Shown one piece after another: positions 31,558-41,471 of a DNA stretch of 64,000 nt. Numbering within the stretch: the first letter of the stretch is position 1; the number at the start of each line of letters is the position of its first letter. The notes below the pieces were generated by a model. It was given only the letters and a program-made list of their open reading frames with translations, was not told the origin of the DNA and did not search any database. A program made the position numbers and the translations under genes. Source of the stretch: an uncultured virus (IMG/VR IMGVR_UViG_3300011871_000042) (lineage: Duplodnaviria > Heunggongvirae > Uroviricota > Caudoviricetes); the IMG/VR virus record IMGVR_UViG_3300011871_000042. One strand, written 5' to 3'.

Positions 31558-31986
31558 ATGAAAAGAATCGCTGTTACTCATTTAATAAATATCACAAAAT
31601 GTGAAAATCAAACCATGCTTAATATGATCTATAAACCTAAAATAGATAAAGAAGTAAAAGAAAGGCAAAAAATGGGTATCAAAGATCATAAAAAGTTTGA
31701 AAATTTAAACAATAAATATGCTGGTAATACATCAAAAGTAGTGGAAGAAATGAATAGATCCAATGATAAGCGTTGCTATGTTGCTACCGCAATATTCGGT
31801 GCTTATTCTTCTGAAACTATTTTATTAAGAAAATGGAGAGACGATAAATTAAGAAAAACCATTTTAGGTAGATTATTTATTAAATTATATTATAAGATTT
31901 CTCCATTATTGTTAAGAATATTGCCGAAATGGACATCTCCTATGACTAAATATATCTTAACAAAGTTTATAAAAATTATAAGGTAA
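31558..31986 (+). CDS. CFI-box-CTERM domain protein
   Basis: CYVATAIFG..LLRKWRD..L..T.LGRLFIKLYYKISP. Confidence 0.8.
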   Translation: MKRIAVTHLINITKCENQTMLNMIYKPKIDKEVKERQKMGIKDHKKFENLNNKYAGNTSKVVEEMNRSNDKRCYVATAIFGAYSSETILLRKWRDDKLRKTILGRLFIKLYYKISPLLLRILPKWTSPMTKYILTKFIKIIR

Positions 31987-31995
31987 ATGTAAAAA

Positions 31996-32514
31996 ATGAA
32001 TTTTATTCTATCAGAACACAGTATTATTTTAATATTAGAATGTTTATTAATATTTTTCATTCTTTACACCTTTATTAAACGTTTTATTGGTTCTTCAAAA
32101 GATAAAGAAACGCTTTTTATGTCAGAGAAATATATAGGTATAGATACACCTATAGCATTACATGGATATCCAGATCGTGTTATAAAAACACCAGATGGAT
32201 ATCTTAGGGTAGATGATTTTAAAACAAGAAGTCAGTTAAGAGTTTATGATTCTGATATATGGCAGTTATCTTGCTATAAATATATTTTAAGAAGAACTCA
32301 AAAACTTCCTGTAATGGAAGAATCTCATGTTATAGTTAAAAATAATAAAGAAACAAAATCATTTGTCATAAAACTAAAAAGTGATGAACAAGTAGAAAAA
32401 CTATATAAAACATATGTAGATGTTCTTAATGGAAATAAATCTCCATCATATTGTAGTAATAAAAAATATTGTCAGAAATGCCCTTATTATAAAGATAAAT
32501 GTTTTCCTGATTGA
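31996..32514 (+). CDS. PD-(D/E)XK (Cas4-like) nuclease with an N-terminal TM helix
   Basis: G.PDRV, DFKTR, QLSCY, C-terminal Cys cluster CSNKKYCQKCPYYKDKC. Confidence 0.75.
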   Translation: MNFILSEHSIILILECLLIFFILYTFIKRFIGSSKDKETLFMSEKYIGIDTPIALHGYPDRVIKTPDGYLRVDDFKTRSQLRVYDSDIWQLSCYKYILRRTQKLPVMEESHVIVKNNKETKSFVIKLKSDEQVEKLYKTYVDVLNGNKSPSYCSNKKYCQKCPYYKDKCFPD

Positions 32515-32548
32515 TTATAAAAAATAAAGCGCCCGGAGGCGCTTTATT

Positions 32549-33763
32549 CTATCTCAAAGATGGGCTTTTTACTCTTGGAGGTTGAACATCTCCAACCATC
32601 ATAAGAATTGTAGTCTGTTCTTTTAAATCGTTCAATTTTTCAAGAACAGGAATTCTTGTTTTAGTTTGAGATAATTCTGTTAATAAGTCTTTAGATTCTT
32701 GAGTAGCATGGATTTTTAGATTATCTAAAGCACTAATATATTCATAAAAATTTTTTATAGGATTTTCTCTATCAAATGTTTCATTAATATTTAAAATTTT
32801 AGGACTGGCAAAATCTTTATATGGTATTTGTCTCCCATCTAAAAGTTTACTAAATAAAAGTTTATTAAGGTCTGTTTCATTTTCTACAGCCGCAACCTGA
32901 TTTGCTTCATTTAATAAAACATTAAAATGACTAGTAACAGCTAATGATTCATCCTCGTTAAAATTTCTATTCATATCCAAGCCTAATTTTTTATTAAGTT
33001 CTGGAATGATTCTAAGTTTATCATTTAAAATAAAATCAACTAAAATAGACTGGCTTTTACCATATACTGTATTTATATCAAAATCAGAATATTTTTTCTC
33101 AATTGCCTCTACTCTATCTTCTATATTTTCAATTTTATCATCGAGACTAATAAGATTAAGAATAACAGGTCTAACATTTTCTAGAAGCTCAGGAGCATCA
33201 AACATATATCCTTTAAGTTTACGTGAGGTATTGGTTAGTTCAGAAAATTTCACATAATTTTGAGAGAAAACTGTTTTTAAAATTTCTCCAGTATTATCAG
33301 GATTAACTAGTGGAGAATGAAGCCATTTACTGATCTCTTTGATAGTAGGAACAGGAACATTTAGAGATGGCTCTTGACTTTTTGAATAATAATAAAGTTC
33401 ATAAACTTCTTGAACAGCCCAAGGTTGTCCACCTTCAAAAGCTTTCTGAAAAAGGGAAGTAGAAAAACTTTCTCTTTCTTCTTTTACTACACCAGTGTTA
33501 GGTTCACTTGAACTTATTAAAAATCTATTTACTACAGAATTAAATTTTTTCTCTCCAAGGTTATCTAAACTACTTTTTATAAGCTCATCGAAAGATTCTT
33601 TTAATGGAGATTGTATAACAGCACTAATGAAGCTTTCTTGAGTATCATCATAAGATACTTTAGTTTCCATACCTACACCTAAAGTTCTAAGAGCGTCATA
33701 AACATCTTTATTACCATTTCTTACTTTATCATATAACTCATAAAGATTTTTTAAATTTTCCAT
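32549..33763 (-). CDS. Hypothetical protein with basic C-terminal tail
   Basis: 404-aa ORF with SD AAGGA, ends PPRVKSPSLR. Confidence 0.7.
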   Translation of the reverse strand: MENLKNLYELYDKVRNGNKDVYDALRTLGVGMETKVSYDDTQESFISAVIQSPLKESFDELIKSSLDNLGEKKFNSVVNRFLISSSEPNTGVVKEERESFSTSLFQKAFEGGQPWAVQEVYELYYYSKSQEPSLNVPVPTIKEISKWLHSPLVNPDNTGEILKTVFSQNYVKFSELTNTSRKLKGYMFDAPELLENVRPVILNLISLDDKIENIEDRVEAIEKKYSDFDINTVYGKSQSILVDFILNDKLRIIPELNKKLGLDMNRNFNEDESLAVTSHFNVLLNEANQVAAVENETDLNKLLFSKLLDGRQIPYKDFASPKILNINETFDRENPIKNFYEYISALDNLKIHATQESKDLLTELSQTKTRIPVLEKLNDLKEQTTILMMVGDVQPPRVKSPSLR

Positions 33764-33881
33764 ATATATTCCTTTTATTTATAATCAATAATTTTTTGTA
33801 ACATTATATTTAATTATAAATCGAAATAAAAAAAAGGAAAGCCTACCACAAGTGATAGGCTTGATTTTATTAGTTGTATAT

Positions 33882-35588
33882 TTAATCTAAAAGTTTAGAA
33901 ACTGTATTTTCTGAGATAAATGTCTTCCTCGCAATAGGAATATTTCTTCCCAATCCAAATGTATTGCTTCTTACGCGAATAATAGGGCAAGATTGTTTTC
34001 TTTTAAATTCTGCGAGTTCAACTTTCTTAAGGATTTCCATTCCCTTTTCATGGCTAAATTTATTTTCTCTCAAAAACTCTTTACGTTTAAGAATACTTTC
34101 TTCATCCATAGATTTACCTTCAAGATAAAGCTGTAAAAAAGCATCAAGAATAGGGTAATCAGGTAAAGAATCTTGATCAGTCTGTCCCGGAAATAGTTCC
34201 GCTGATGGTGCTTTTTCAATAACAGAACGAGGCATTTTACCAAGATCAGCATAATGTTCCAGCATTCTGTAAACTTCTGTTTTATAGAGATCTCCAATAG
34301 GGTTTAAACCACCATTAGTATCGCCATAAAGCGTACAATAACCAACAGAGACTTCACTCTTATTACCTGTAGACAATACAAGAGAGTTATCCTGATTAGA
34401 CCATGCCATAATAGATGTTCCACGGATACGAGCTTGTAGGTTTTCCATAGTTAAACGGTTAGGCTCCTGACCAAAAGCAGTCTTAAATGCCTCAACAGCA
34501 GCTTGGAAATCATCTTTACTAGGCCGCTCCTAAAGTTTGACACCCAACATTTCAGCAAGTGCCTGACTGTCTGTAACACTACCAGCAGAAGAAATCTGAC
34601 TTGGCATCGTTACTGCTGTAATATTATCAGCCCCTAAAGCATCAACAGCTAATGCTAATACTAAAGAACTATCCGCACCACCAGACAATGCTAAACTTGC
34701 TCTTTTAATACCATTCTTATAGAAAAAATCCCTAATTCCCATAACCAACTGATGTTTTACAAATCCTATCCACTGCTCATTGTCAGTATCAATACTTGCA
34801 TCTTTATCAAATACAGATTCTCCAAGCCATTTCGTATCAAATGATTGTGTATCGACAGTTAAAACACCTTCTGAAAAGAAAGGAGCTTGTTTAATCTCAC
34901 CATTAGGTAAAGCAATATAGCTACCACCATCAAAAACAATAGTATCATTACCACCAACTTGATTCACAGAAATGTAAGGAATTTGTTTTTCTTTAGCAAT
35001 ACCCCCAAAGATCTTTTTCCTTAAATGATTTTTACGCAAACTTGACGGAGATGCGTTAATAGATAAATAAAAATCGATACCTTCACTTGCCAGATCATTA
35101 ACAGGGTTTACTTTATATGAACCATCAGTATTCCAACCATCCTCACAAATAAGAACACCAACATGATGCTCATTCAAAGAAATACTTTCAGATTTTTCTC
35201 CCGCTTCGAAATAACGATTTTCATCAAATACATCATAAGTCGGAAGAAGGCGTTTTACTGCAACAATTTTTACATTTTTACCATCTAGTAAGACAGCCTG
35301 ATTTTCATGAGACTTACCGTATAAGCGAGTATTAATTCCAACACGTCCTACAATAGCTTTTTGATTTCTTGAAGCTAACCATGAATTTAATTCATTAATA
35401 ACACTATTTTGTTCATCTAAAAAATCCTGACGATGAATCATGTCATTGATTTGATATCCACTGAAAGTTAACTCTGGACCAACCAAAAGATGATCGCATG
35501 GTACATTCAAAGCAAGTTCCTTGAATTTTTCCAGATTCCCTTTAAAATCACCAACAGTAGAATTTAATTGAATAAGAGCTATTTTCAT
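33882..35588 (-). CDS. nadE: Glutamine-dependent NAD+ synthetase, interrupted by one in-frame TAG at 34530-34532
   Basis: Nitrilase domain (PEL, KRLLP.YDVFDE, ICED) + LSGGADS, ENLQARIRG, TGNKSE, PSAEL; the two listed ORFs are in the same frame (..GVKL*ERPSKDDF..LTMEN). Confidence 0.9.
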
Positions 35589-35650
35589 ATTATTTTGCAG
35601 AAACTTATTACTAAGTTGGGATAGCCGCTTTCGCCCCTTCTGCTCTCCTT
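35589..35650 (-). promoter_or_regulatory. Structured RNA element between SD and AUG of nadE (copy A)
   Basis: AAGGAGA-GCAGA...AAAGCGGCUAUCCCA-ACUUA GUAA UAAGU-U-UCUGC-8 nt-AUG. Confidence 0.7.
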
Positions 35651-35723
35651 TTTATTTTGCTATCTTTTTATATATTTTATGGTTCTTTTTAATCTGATTA
35701 AAATAAGCCCCGAAGGGCCTATT

Positions 35724-36923
35724 TTATTTAGCTAACTCTGGCTTGAAAACATGAGTTAAATAGTTAACGTAATCCTGATCATCACTCATTGTTTTACCTA
35801 CAGCATCAGACAACTTAGCCACAGGAAGATCATTACAACGAACCATTTTAAGAACTACCTGTAGCGCTTTAACACCCACATCATTCGTTAAATCTGTACC
35901 AATACCAAAGTTTGGTTTACAACGTTCTACAAAATAATCATGTAAATCTAACATTTTAGGAATATTCAAACCATCAGAGAACGTAAAAGTCTTCGTTAAT
36001 GGGTCAATACGATTATTTTTGTAATGCTGGATAATAGTATCACCCCAAACTTTTGGATCACCAGAGTCATGACGAACACCATCAAATAACTTACAGAAAT
36101 ACAAATCAAAATCTTTAAGGAAAGCATCAAGACCAATAACATCAGTCAAAGCAATACCTAAATCACCACGATATTCCTGCGCCCATGCTTCAAAAGCGAA
36201 TTTCTGGAAATAACGAAGAGTTGGACCAAGAACCTGACAAGCCTGAAGATATTCATGAGCCATTGTTCCAATAGGTGTTAAACCAAGTTCTTTAGCCATC
36301 CATACGTTGCTAGTACCAGTAAAGCTTTCTGGAAGAGCTTCTTTCAATGTTTTTACTACTTCAAAATGCCATTCACCATTAAAACGACGACGAGTACCAA
36401 AATCAGAAAAACTCAACTTTTTATTATTTGGATGAGATTTAATAACTTCAATTTTCTGCTGTAGACGTTTACGACCTTCTACATACAGTTCTTCTTTATC
36501 AAGATCTTCATAGTGAATCTGATTAATAATTGCTAAGATATAGATTTCAAAAAGAATAGTCTGAACCCAAGGGCCTTTAACAATAATATCAACAGAGTCT
36601 GGACGAACAAGTGATGGTTTAACAGTCACATATTTTCTTTGAAGCTTAAAGTTTCTCAAAAAGTCAACAAAGTCAGCTTTCATATAACGAAGGGAACCAA
36701 GATAGCTCAATTCATCTTCTGTGAAAGTAAGAGAACAGATATGATCAATCTCTTCATTAATGCGAGCCAAATCATTTACTAAACCTGCATTTTCTGTGCG
36801 GCAACGGAAATGATATTCAACGTTAGCGCCAGAAAAGTTATGAAGTACAGTTTGCATCATAGTAAATTTATAAAGGTCTGTATCTGTAAGGTGTTCAATA
36901 GCATGTGGGTATTTAATAGTCAT
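35724..36923 (-). CDS. pncB: Nicotinate phosphoribosyltransferase
   Basis: DTDLYKFTM, DFGTRRR, GTSNV, GTMAHE, GVRHDSGDP, FSDGL, FGIGT, AKLSD. Confidence 0.95.
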   Translation of the reverse strand: MTIKYPHAIEHLTDTDLYKFTMMQTVLHNFSGANVEYHFRCRTENAGLVNDLARINEEIDHICSLTFTEDELSYLGSLRYMKADFVDFLRNFKLQRKYVTVKPSLVRPDSVDIIVKGPWVQTILFEIYILAIINQIHYEDLDKEELYVEGRKRLQQKIEVIKSHPNNKKLSFSDFGTRRRFNGEWHFEVVKTLKEALPESFTGTSNVWMAKELGLTPIGTMAHEYLQACQVLGPTLRYFQKFAFEAWAQEYRGDLGIALTDVIGLDAFLKDFDLYFCKLFDGVRHDSGDPKVWGDTIIQHYKNNRIDPLTKTFTFSDGLNIPKMLDLHDYFVERCKPNFGIGTDLTNDVGVKALQVVLKMVRCNDLPVAKLSDAVGKTMSDDQDYVNYLTHVFKPELAK

Positions 36924-36983
36924 ATTTTTCTCTCTTTTTTAAGTTGTTTAGTATCTTAACCGATGAATAGAGTATACACCAAG

Positions 36984-37004
36984 TTATTGTAAAAAGTCAA
37001 CTAA
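36984..37004. promoter_or_regulatory. Putative NrtR operator overlapping the pncB -35 (TTGACT-18-TATACT on the minus strand)
   Basis: Imperfect palindrome TTATTGTAAAAAGTCAACTAA; 14/21 identical to the site upstream of nrtR. Confidence 0.6.
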
Positions 37005-37190
37005 GTAATAATATTTTATTTATTATAAAAATCATATAGTTAAGAAAAAATTAAAAAATATTGTAAAATAATTGATATATTTTTCAAATTAAAGGTAATA
37101 AAACAAAAGGACTTGATTATAAATCCTTCATAAGATATAACTTAATAATATGACTTAATTTTGTATTAAATATAATAACAAGGATAAACA

Positions 37191-38099
37191 ATGAATTTTT
37201 TAAAGATAAAGCTTGCAGCTTTAGTAATGATATCTACAGTATTATCAGGGTGTGATAAAGTTGATGATATACCAGCCGTTCCTACACCATCTGCTGTTGT
37301 TATAAATAACGGACAAATTGAGCAGGGTGGTCCATGCGCTAAACTTGCTCCTTGGGGATATCCTAAGTACAATCCTAAACAAGATGCGAACCAATTTGTA
37401 TGTCATGATGGTTATGCTTTTGAATTTAATCCTCGCTCAAGAACATCTATGTGGGTAGTACAACATATTACTGCGGCTAATTTAAATAATAAAATTGCCA
37501 AAAGCACTAATGATTTTAGACCAGATCCTGCTTTACGTGATGAAGTAGGTCCACAACTAGTAGATTATGAATCAAAAAAATATATAGGAATGCAGCTTGC
37601 ATCTCCACAAGATTTTGTACATTCTAAAAAACAAACTAGTCAAAGTTTTTATTTAACTAATATTATCCCTGTAAACCCTTATACCGCCAATGATACATGG
37701 CAAAAACTAAATGAAAATGTAAGGCAATGGGCTAAAGATTATGGTGAAGTATATGTTGTTTCAGGTCCTTTATATTTACAAGGAAAATCTATCGACAGCA
37801 TAGGAAGAAGAACGACTGCAGCATTAATAGCTGAAGAACACAATGCTTATTTAGGTGATGCTGTTCAAGGTAGTATTCAAGTTCCTACCCACATTTATAA
37901 AGTGATACTTGCTCCTAAAATTAAACAAGCAAGAGCATTTATTATACCCAACCAACCTACAACATCAGCATACCTTCCTCAATTTTCTGTGAGTATGGGA
38001 ACTGTTCAAATGTATACAGGTTTAACATTTTTCCCTCAGATCCCACAACCTTTAAAGGGACAACTTGATAATTCTATAGGTCAATGGCCTATCAGATAA
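37191..38099 (+). CDS. Lipoprotein of the DNA/RNA non-specific endonuclease (NucA/EndoG) fold, catalytic motif degenerate
   Basis: Lipobox LSGC; FRPDP, SFYLTNIIP, YVVSGP, VPTHIYKV; DRGH replaced by IGMQ. Confidence 0.8.
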   Translation: MNFLKIKLAALVMISTVLSGCDKVDDIPAVPTPSAVVINNGQIEQGGPCAKLAPWGYPKYNPKQDANQFVCHDGYAFEFNPRSRTSMWVVQHITAANLNNKIAKSTNDFRPDPALRDEVGPQLVDYESKKYIGMQLASPQDFVHSKKQTSQSFYLTNIIPVNPYTANDTWQKLNENVRQWAKDYGEVYVVSGPLYLQGKSIDSIGRRTTAALIAEEHNAYLGDAVQGSIQVPTHIYKVILAPKIKQARAFIIPNQPTTSAYLPQFSVSMGTVQMYTGLTFFPQIPQPLKGQLDNSIGQWPIR

Positions 38100-38115
38100 T
38101 AAAGAAAAAAGCCTC

Positions 38116-39240
38116 TTAGGAGGCTTTTCTTTTATCTTCTAAGTATTTAAATATCACATCAGCATCTTGTGATAATGGGAGTAGTTCTGATGCAATATTA
38201 CCATTAATATTTTCTATAGTTAAATCACATCCTCTTTCAACTAATATTTGAATGAAATTAAAATCTGCATTTTTACAGGCGAAAAAAATAGCTGATTCTT
38301 TATATTTCCCTGATAAATAATCTATATTAACTTTACTAATTAGGTATTTGAAAACATTCGTTGCGTTTAATAAAACTGATAAACTTAAAAGAGAAATATC
38401 TCGTTCGTCTGAAATATTATAATTTATATAATCAGGATTGATTTTTTTAATTGTCTCATAAGGATTATTAATTATTGTGTTAAAATTCTGTTCATTATTA
38501 TCATAAAATGCTAAAATATTTACATCATCTGTAATAATACTAAGAACCAAAAGATTGACATTATTTAAATAAGATTTTTTAGAAATAACAGTTTTTAACT
38601 CATTTAGCCATGATGAATCACCATATAAAATAATTAAATCAGCCCAAGAAAAAGAAAATTTATCTTCAAAATAGAATATTGTACCTCGCCCATTCAGAGA
38701 CTTAATAACATCTAATACGACAACTACTTTTTCATCAGAAGGTTTATGCTGTATAATATTTTTAACTATTTCTATTTTCTTTTTGATAATCGAATAACGT
38801 GTTTTATTATTAATATTAAAATTCATGTAAAAAAAACTATTTTGAAGATTATGGTCAATAAAAATCATGTCCGATATATGATAAAAATTAGATGTTGAAA
38901 TAATTTTTTCATTAATGATTTTGCGTTTAAAAAAGACGTGTTTATCTATAAAAAGCTGATTAATCATAAAATCAAGTACATTAATATCATTGTTTATAGA
39001 ATCCATAAAATTATAGTAAAGTTCTGGTTGTCTTTCTTTAAAAACTGACAAAACATTAAGATTTTCAGAAAATTTTATTTCATATTTGGATTCTTTATAA
39101 AAATAAAATTGAGCAGGGATGTCTTCATATAAACTAAATAAAAGAGTAGCAATATCTTTTACACAATTAAAAAACACTTTACTATTTGTAATAGGGGGAA
39201 AATTATAATTATAATCTGGTATTTTCCATTTTTTTAACAT
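38116..39240 (-). CDS. Protein with C-terminal ankyrin repeats
   Basis: SAIFFACKNADFNFIQILVERGCDLTIENINGNIA. Confidence 0.7.
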   Translation of the reverse strand: MLKKWKIPDYNYNFPPITNSKVFFNCVKDIATLLFSLYEDIPAQFYFYKESKYEIKFSENLNVLSVFKERQPELYYNFMDSINNDINVLDFMINQLFIDKHVFFKRKIINEKIISTSNFYHISDMIFIDHNLQNSFFYMNFNINNKTRYSIIKKKIEIVKNIIQHKPSDEKVVVVLDVIKSLNGRGTIFYFEDKFSFSWADLIILYGDSSWLNELKTVISKKSYLNNVNLLVLSIITDDVNILAFYDNNEQNFNTIINNPYETIKKINPDYINYNISDERDISLLSLSVLLNATNVFKYLISKVNIDYLSGKYKESAIFFACKNADFNFIQILVERGCDLTIENINGNIASELLPLSQDADVIFKYLEDKRKAS

Positions 39241-39319
39241 GTTAGCCTCTTTAAAAATTTTTATAGGATAGTATTATATATTATTTTCATAATAAAATAA
39301 AAGTATTTTAAAGGGGTTA

Positions 39320-40075
39320 ATGATGTCAGAAGAAAATTTAAAAATAGTATCTTATAATATTCATAAAGGTTTTTCACGATTCAGAAGATTAAAAGTTCAT
39401 GATCTAAAACAAAAAATACTGATATGGAATCCAGATATACTTTTCTTGCAAGAAGTTCAAGGTCTTCATACTATCCATGCTCGAAAAAAAATGTGGCCTG
39501 ATGCTGCCCAACATGAGTTTTTAGCAGGTAATGATTTTCCCTTTAAAGCATATGGGCCTAATAGGTTTTATAATCATGGGCATCATGGAAATGCTATATT
39601 AAGTAAGTATCCTATATTAGATATGAATAATTATGATATTTCAACATCTAAATATGAAAAAAGAGGTGCTCTTTATTGCAAAATAGAGCATCCTATAATG
39701 CCTGTAAACGTTTTATGTGTTCATTTGTCTCTCTTAGCAAAAGATAGGAAATGGCAGTATATTGAAATAGCCAAAATTATAGAAAACTATATAAAGAAAG
39801 ATGAGCCTTTAATTATGGCGGGTGATTTTAATGACTGGAAAAATGAAGCGGATAAATATTTAGTAGAAAAATTAGGTTTAGATGAGATTATGTCTCAATA
39901 TAACAATGGTAAATTATTAAGAAGCTTCCCAAGCGAATTTCCATTACTTGCTTTAGATAGAGTATATTCAAAAAATATTATACCCCATAGTGCTTCTATT
40001 ATAAAAGATTGCTCAAGAATATCAGATCATTCTCCAATAAAGGCAGATTTCATAATAGAAAGAAATACAAAGTAA
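39320..40075 (+). CDS. EEP-family endonuclease/exonuclease/phosphatase (YbhP-like)
   Basis: SYNIHKG, LQEV, HGNAILS, GDFND, LDR, SDH. Confidence 0.9.
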   Translation: MMSEENLKIVSYNIHKGFSRFRRLKVHDLKQKILIWNPDILFLQEVQGLHTIHARKKMWPDAAQHEFLAGNDFPFKAYGPNRFYNHGHHGNAILSKYPILDMNNYDISTSKYEKRGALYCKIEHPIMPVNVLCVHLSLLAKDRKWQYIEIAKIIENYIKKDEPLIMAGDFNDWKNEADKYLVEKLGLDEIMSQYNNGKLLRSFPSEFPLLALDRVYSKNIIPHSASIIKDCSRISDHSPIKADFIIERNTK

Positions 40076-40135
40076 AAATATTTTTTTATTTCTTTTTTTA
40101 ATGATATTATTAAGAAAAAGTAAAAAGGAAATTAT

Positions 40136-40930
40136 ATGTCAACAAAAACATCATCAGCAGCAGAACTGCCCGATTTAAGGCTTGGAGTTCTAATAGATGC
40201 TGAAAATATATCTCACAACAATATTGGACTTGTTTTATCAGAAATAGCTAAGTTAGGTAATACAGTTTTTAAAAGAGTTTATGGAGATTTTTCTCACAAT
40301 TTATTAGCAGGATGGAAAACACAAGCTCAAATGTATGCGTTACAACCTGTTCATTGTTTTAGAAATGTATCAGGAAAAAGTAATAGTGATATGGCTTTAA
40401 CTATAGATGCAATGGATTGGCTCCATTCAGGAAAAATAGACTGTTTATGTCTTGTAACAAGCGATAGTGATTTTTCAGCATTAGCAGTAAGAATAAAAGA
40501 ATCAAGTTTAGTAGTTTATGGTTTTGGTGAAATAAAAACACCTAAATCTTTAGTCAATGCCTGTCATAGATTTTGGTATATAGAATCTTTAATGGTTTCA
40601 GAAAACCCCAAAAAAGTAAAAACATCTGAAATAGAAATAAAAGAAGATAGTATAAATCCAGCACTTGAAGAAGTGACCTTACCTTGGGAAGATCTAAAAT
40701 TTGAAATCAAAAGAGCTATATTAGATAAATCTGATGCTAATGGATGGGCCGCTTTATCAACAGTGGGTCATATGTTAGGAAAAAGATTTCCTGATTTTAG
40801 CGCTCAAAACTATGGATATACAAAGCTTGCTTATTTAATGGAAAGTGCCGGATTTAAAGTTCAGAAAAAAGGGGATGAATTAAATAAATCGAGTGTTTAT
40901 GTATCAATAAAAAAGGATGAAGAAAAATAA
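40136..40930 (+). CDS. NYN-domain (LabA/DUF88) protein with C-terminal OST-HTH/LOTUS domain
   Basis: IDAEN, YGD, GK..SD..L.IDAMD, SDSDF, PDFS..NYG..KL. Confidence 0.88.
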   Translation: MSTKTSSAAELPDLRLGVLIDAENISHNNIGLVLSEIAKLGNTVFKRVYGDFSHNLLAGWKTQAQMYALQPVHCFRNVSGKSNSDMALTIDAMDWLHSGKIDCLCLVTSDSDFSALAVRIKESSLVVYGFGEIKTPKSLVNACHRFWYIESLMVSENPKKVKTSEIEIKEDSINPALEEVTLPWEDLKFEIKRAILDKSDANGWAALSTVGHMLGKRFPDFSAQNYGYTKLAYLMESAGFKVQKKGDELNKSSVYVSIKKDEEK

Positions 40931-40932
40931 AA

Positions 40933-41457
40933 ATGAACAAAATAATAATGTATTGTGATGGAGCATGTAAAGATAATCAAAATTATGAAATATCAAGAGG
41001 CGGCTTTGGAGCGTTAATTTCTTATGGAGATATACAAAAAGAGTTGTTAGGTGGTGAGGCTCCAACTACAAATAATCGTATGGAACTAAATGCTATAATC
41101 CAACCATTAAAATTATTAAAAAAACCTCAAGAAGTTATAATCTTTACAGATTCTATGTATGTAAAAAAAGGAATGCTAGAGTGGAGATTTAATTGGGTCA
41201 AAAGAAATTGGATAAAATCTGATGGAGAACCTGTAAAAAATAGTGAGCTTTGGAAAGAATTATTGAAGCTATGTGAAATTCATAAGGTAGATTTCAAATG
41301 GGTGAAAGGACATAACGGAGATCCCGGTAATGAAAAAGCTGACGATTTAGCGAATGAAGGTTGTATATATGCAGTTGATTGTAAGAAAAAAGGAATAGCT
41401 CCTAAAATAATATTCAGAGATGCTGCAGTAAAAGTAAATTTGATTAAATCTTATTGA
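40933..41457 (+). CDS. rnhA: Ribonuclease HI
   Basis: DGAC, TTNNRMEL, TDS.YV, WVKGH.G..GNE.AD.LA. Confidence 0.95.
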   Translation: MNKIIMYCDGACKDNQNYEISRGGFGALISYGDIQKELLGGEAPTTNNRMELNAIIQPLKLLKKPQEVIIFTDSMYVKKGMLEWRFNWVKRNWIKSDGEPVKNSELWKELLKLCEIHKVDFKWVKGHNGDPGNEKADDLANEGCIYAVDCKKKGIAPKIIFRDAAVKVNLIKSY

Positions 41458-41471
41458 TTTTGTTATAACGA

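Noticed and set aside
31996..32514. CRISPR adaptation cas4
   Set aside because: No cas1/cas2 or array; the TM anchor indicates a solo PD-(D/E)XK nuclease.
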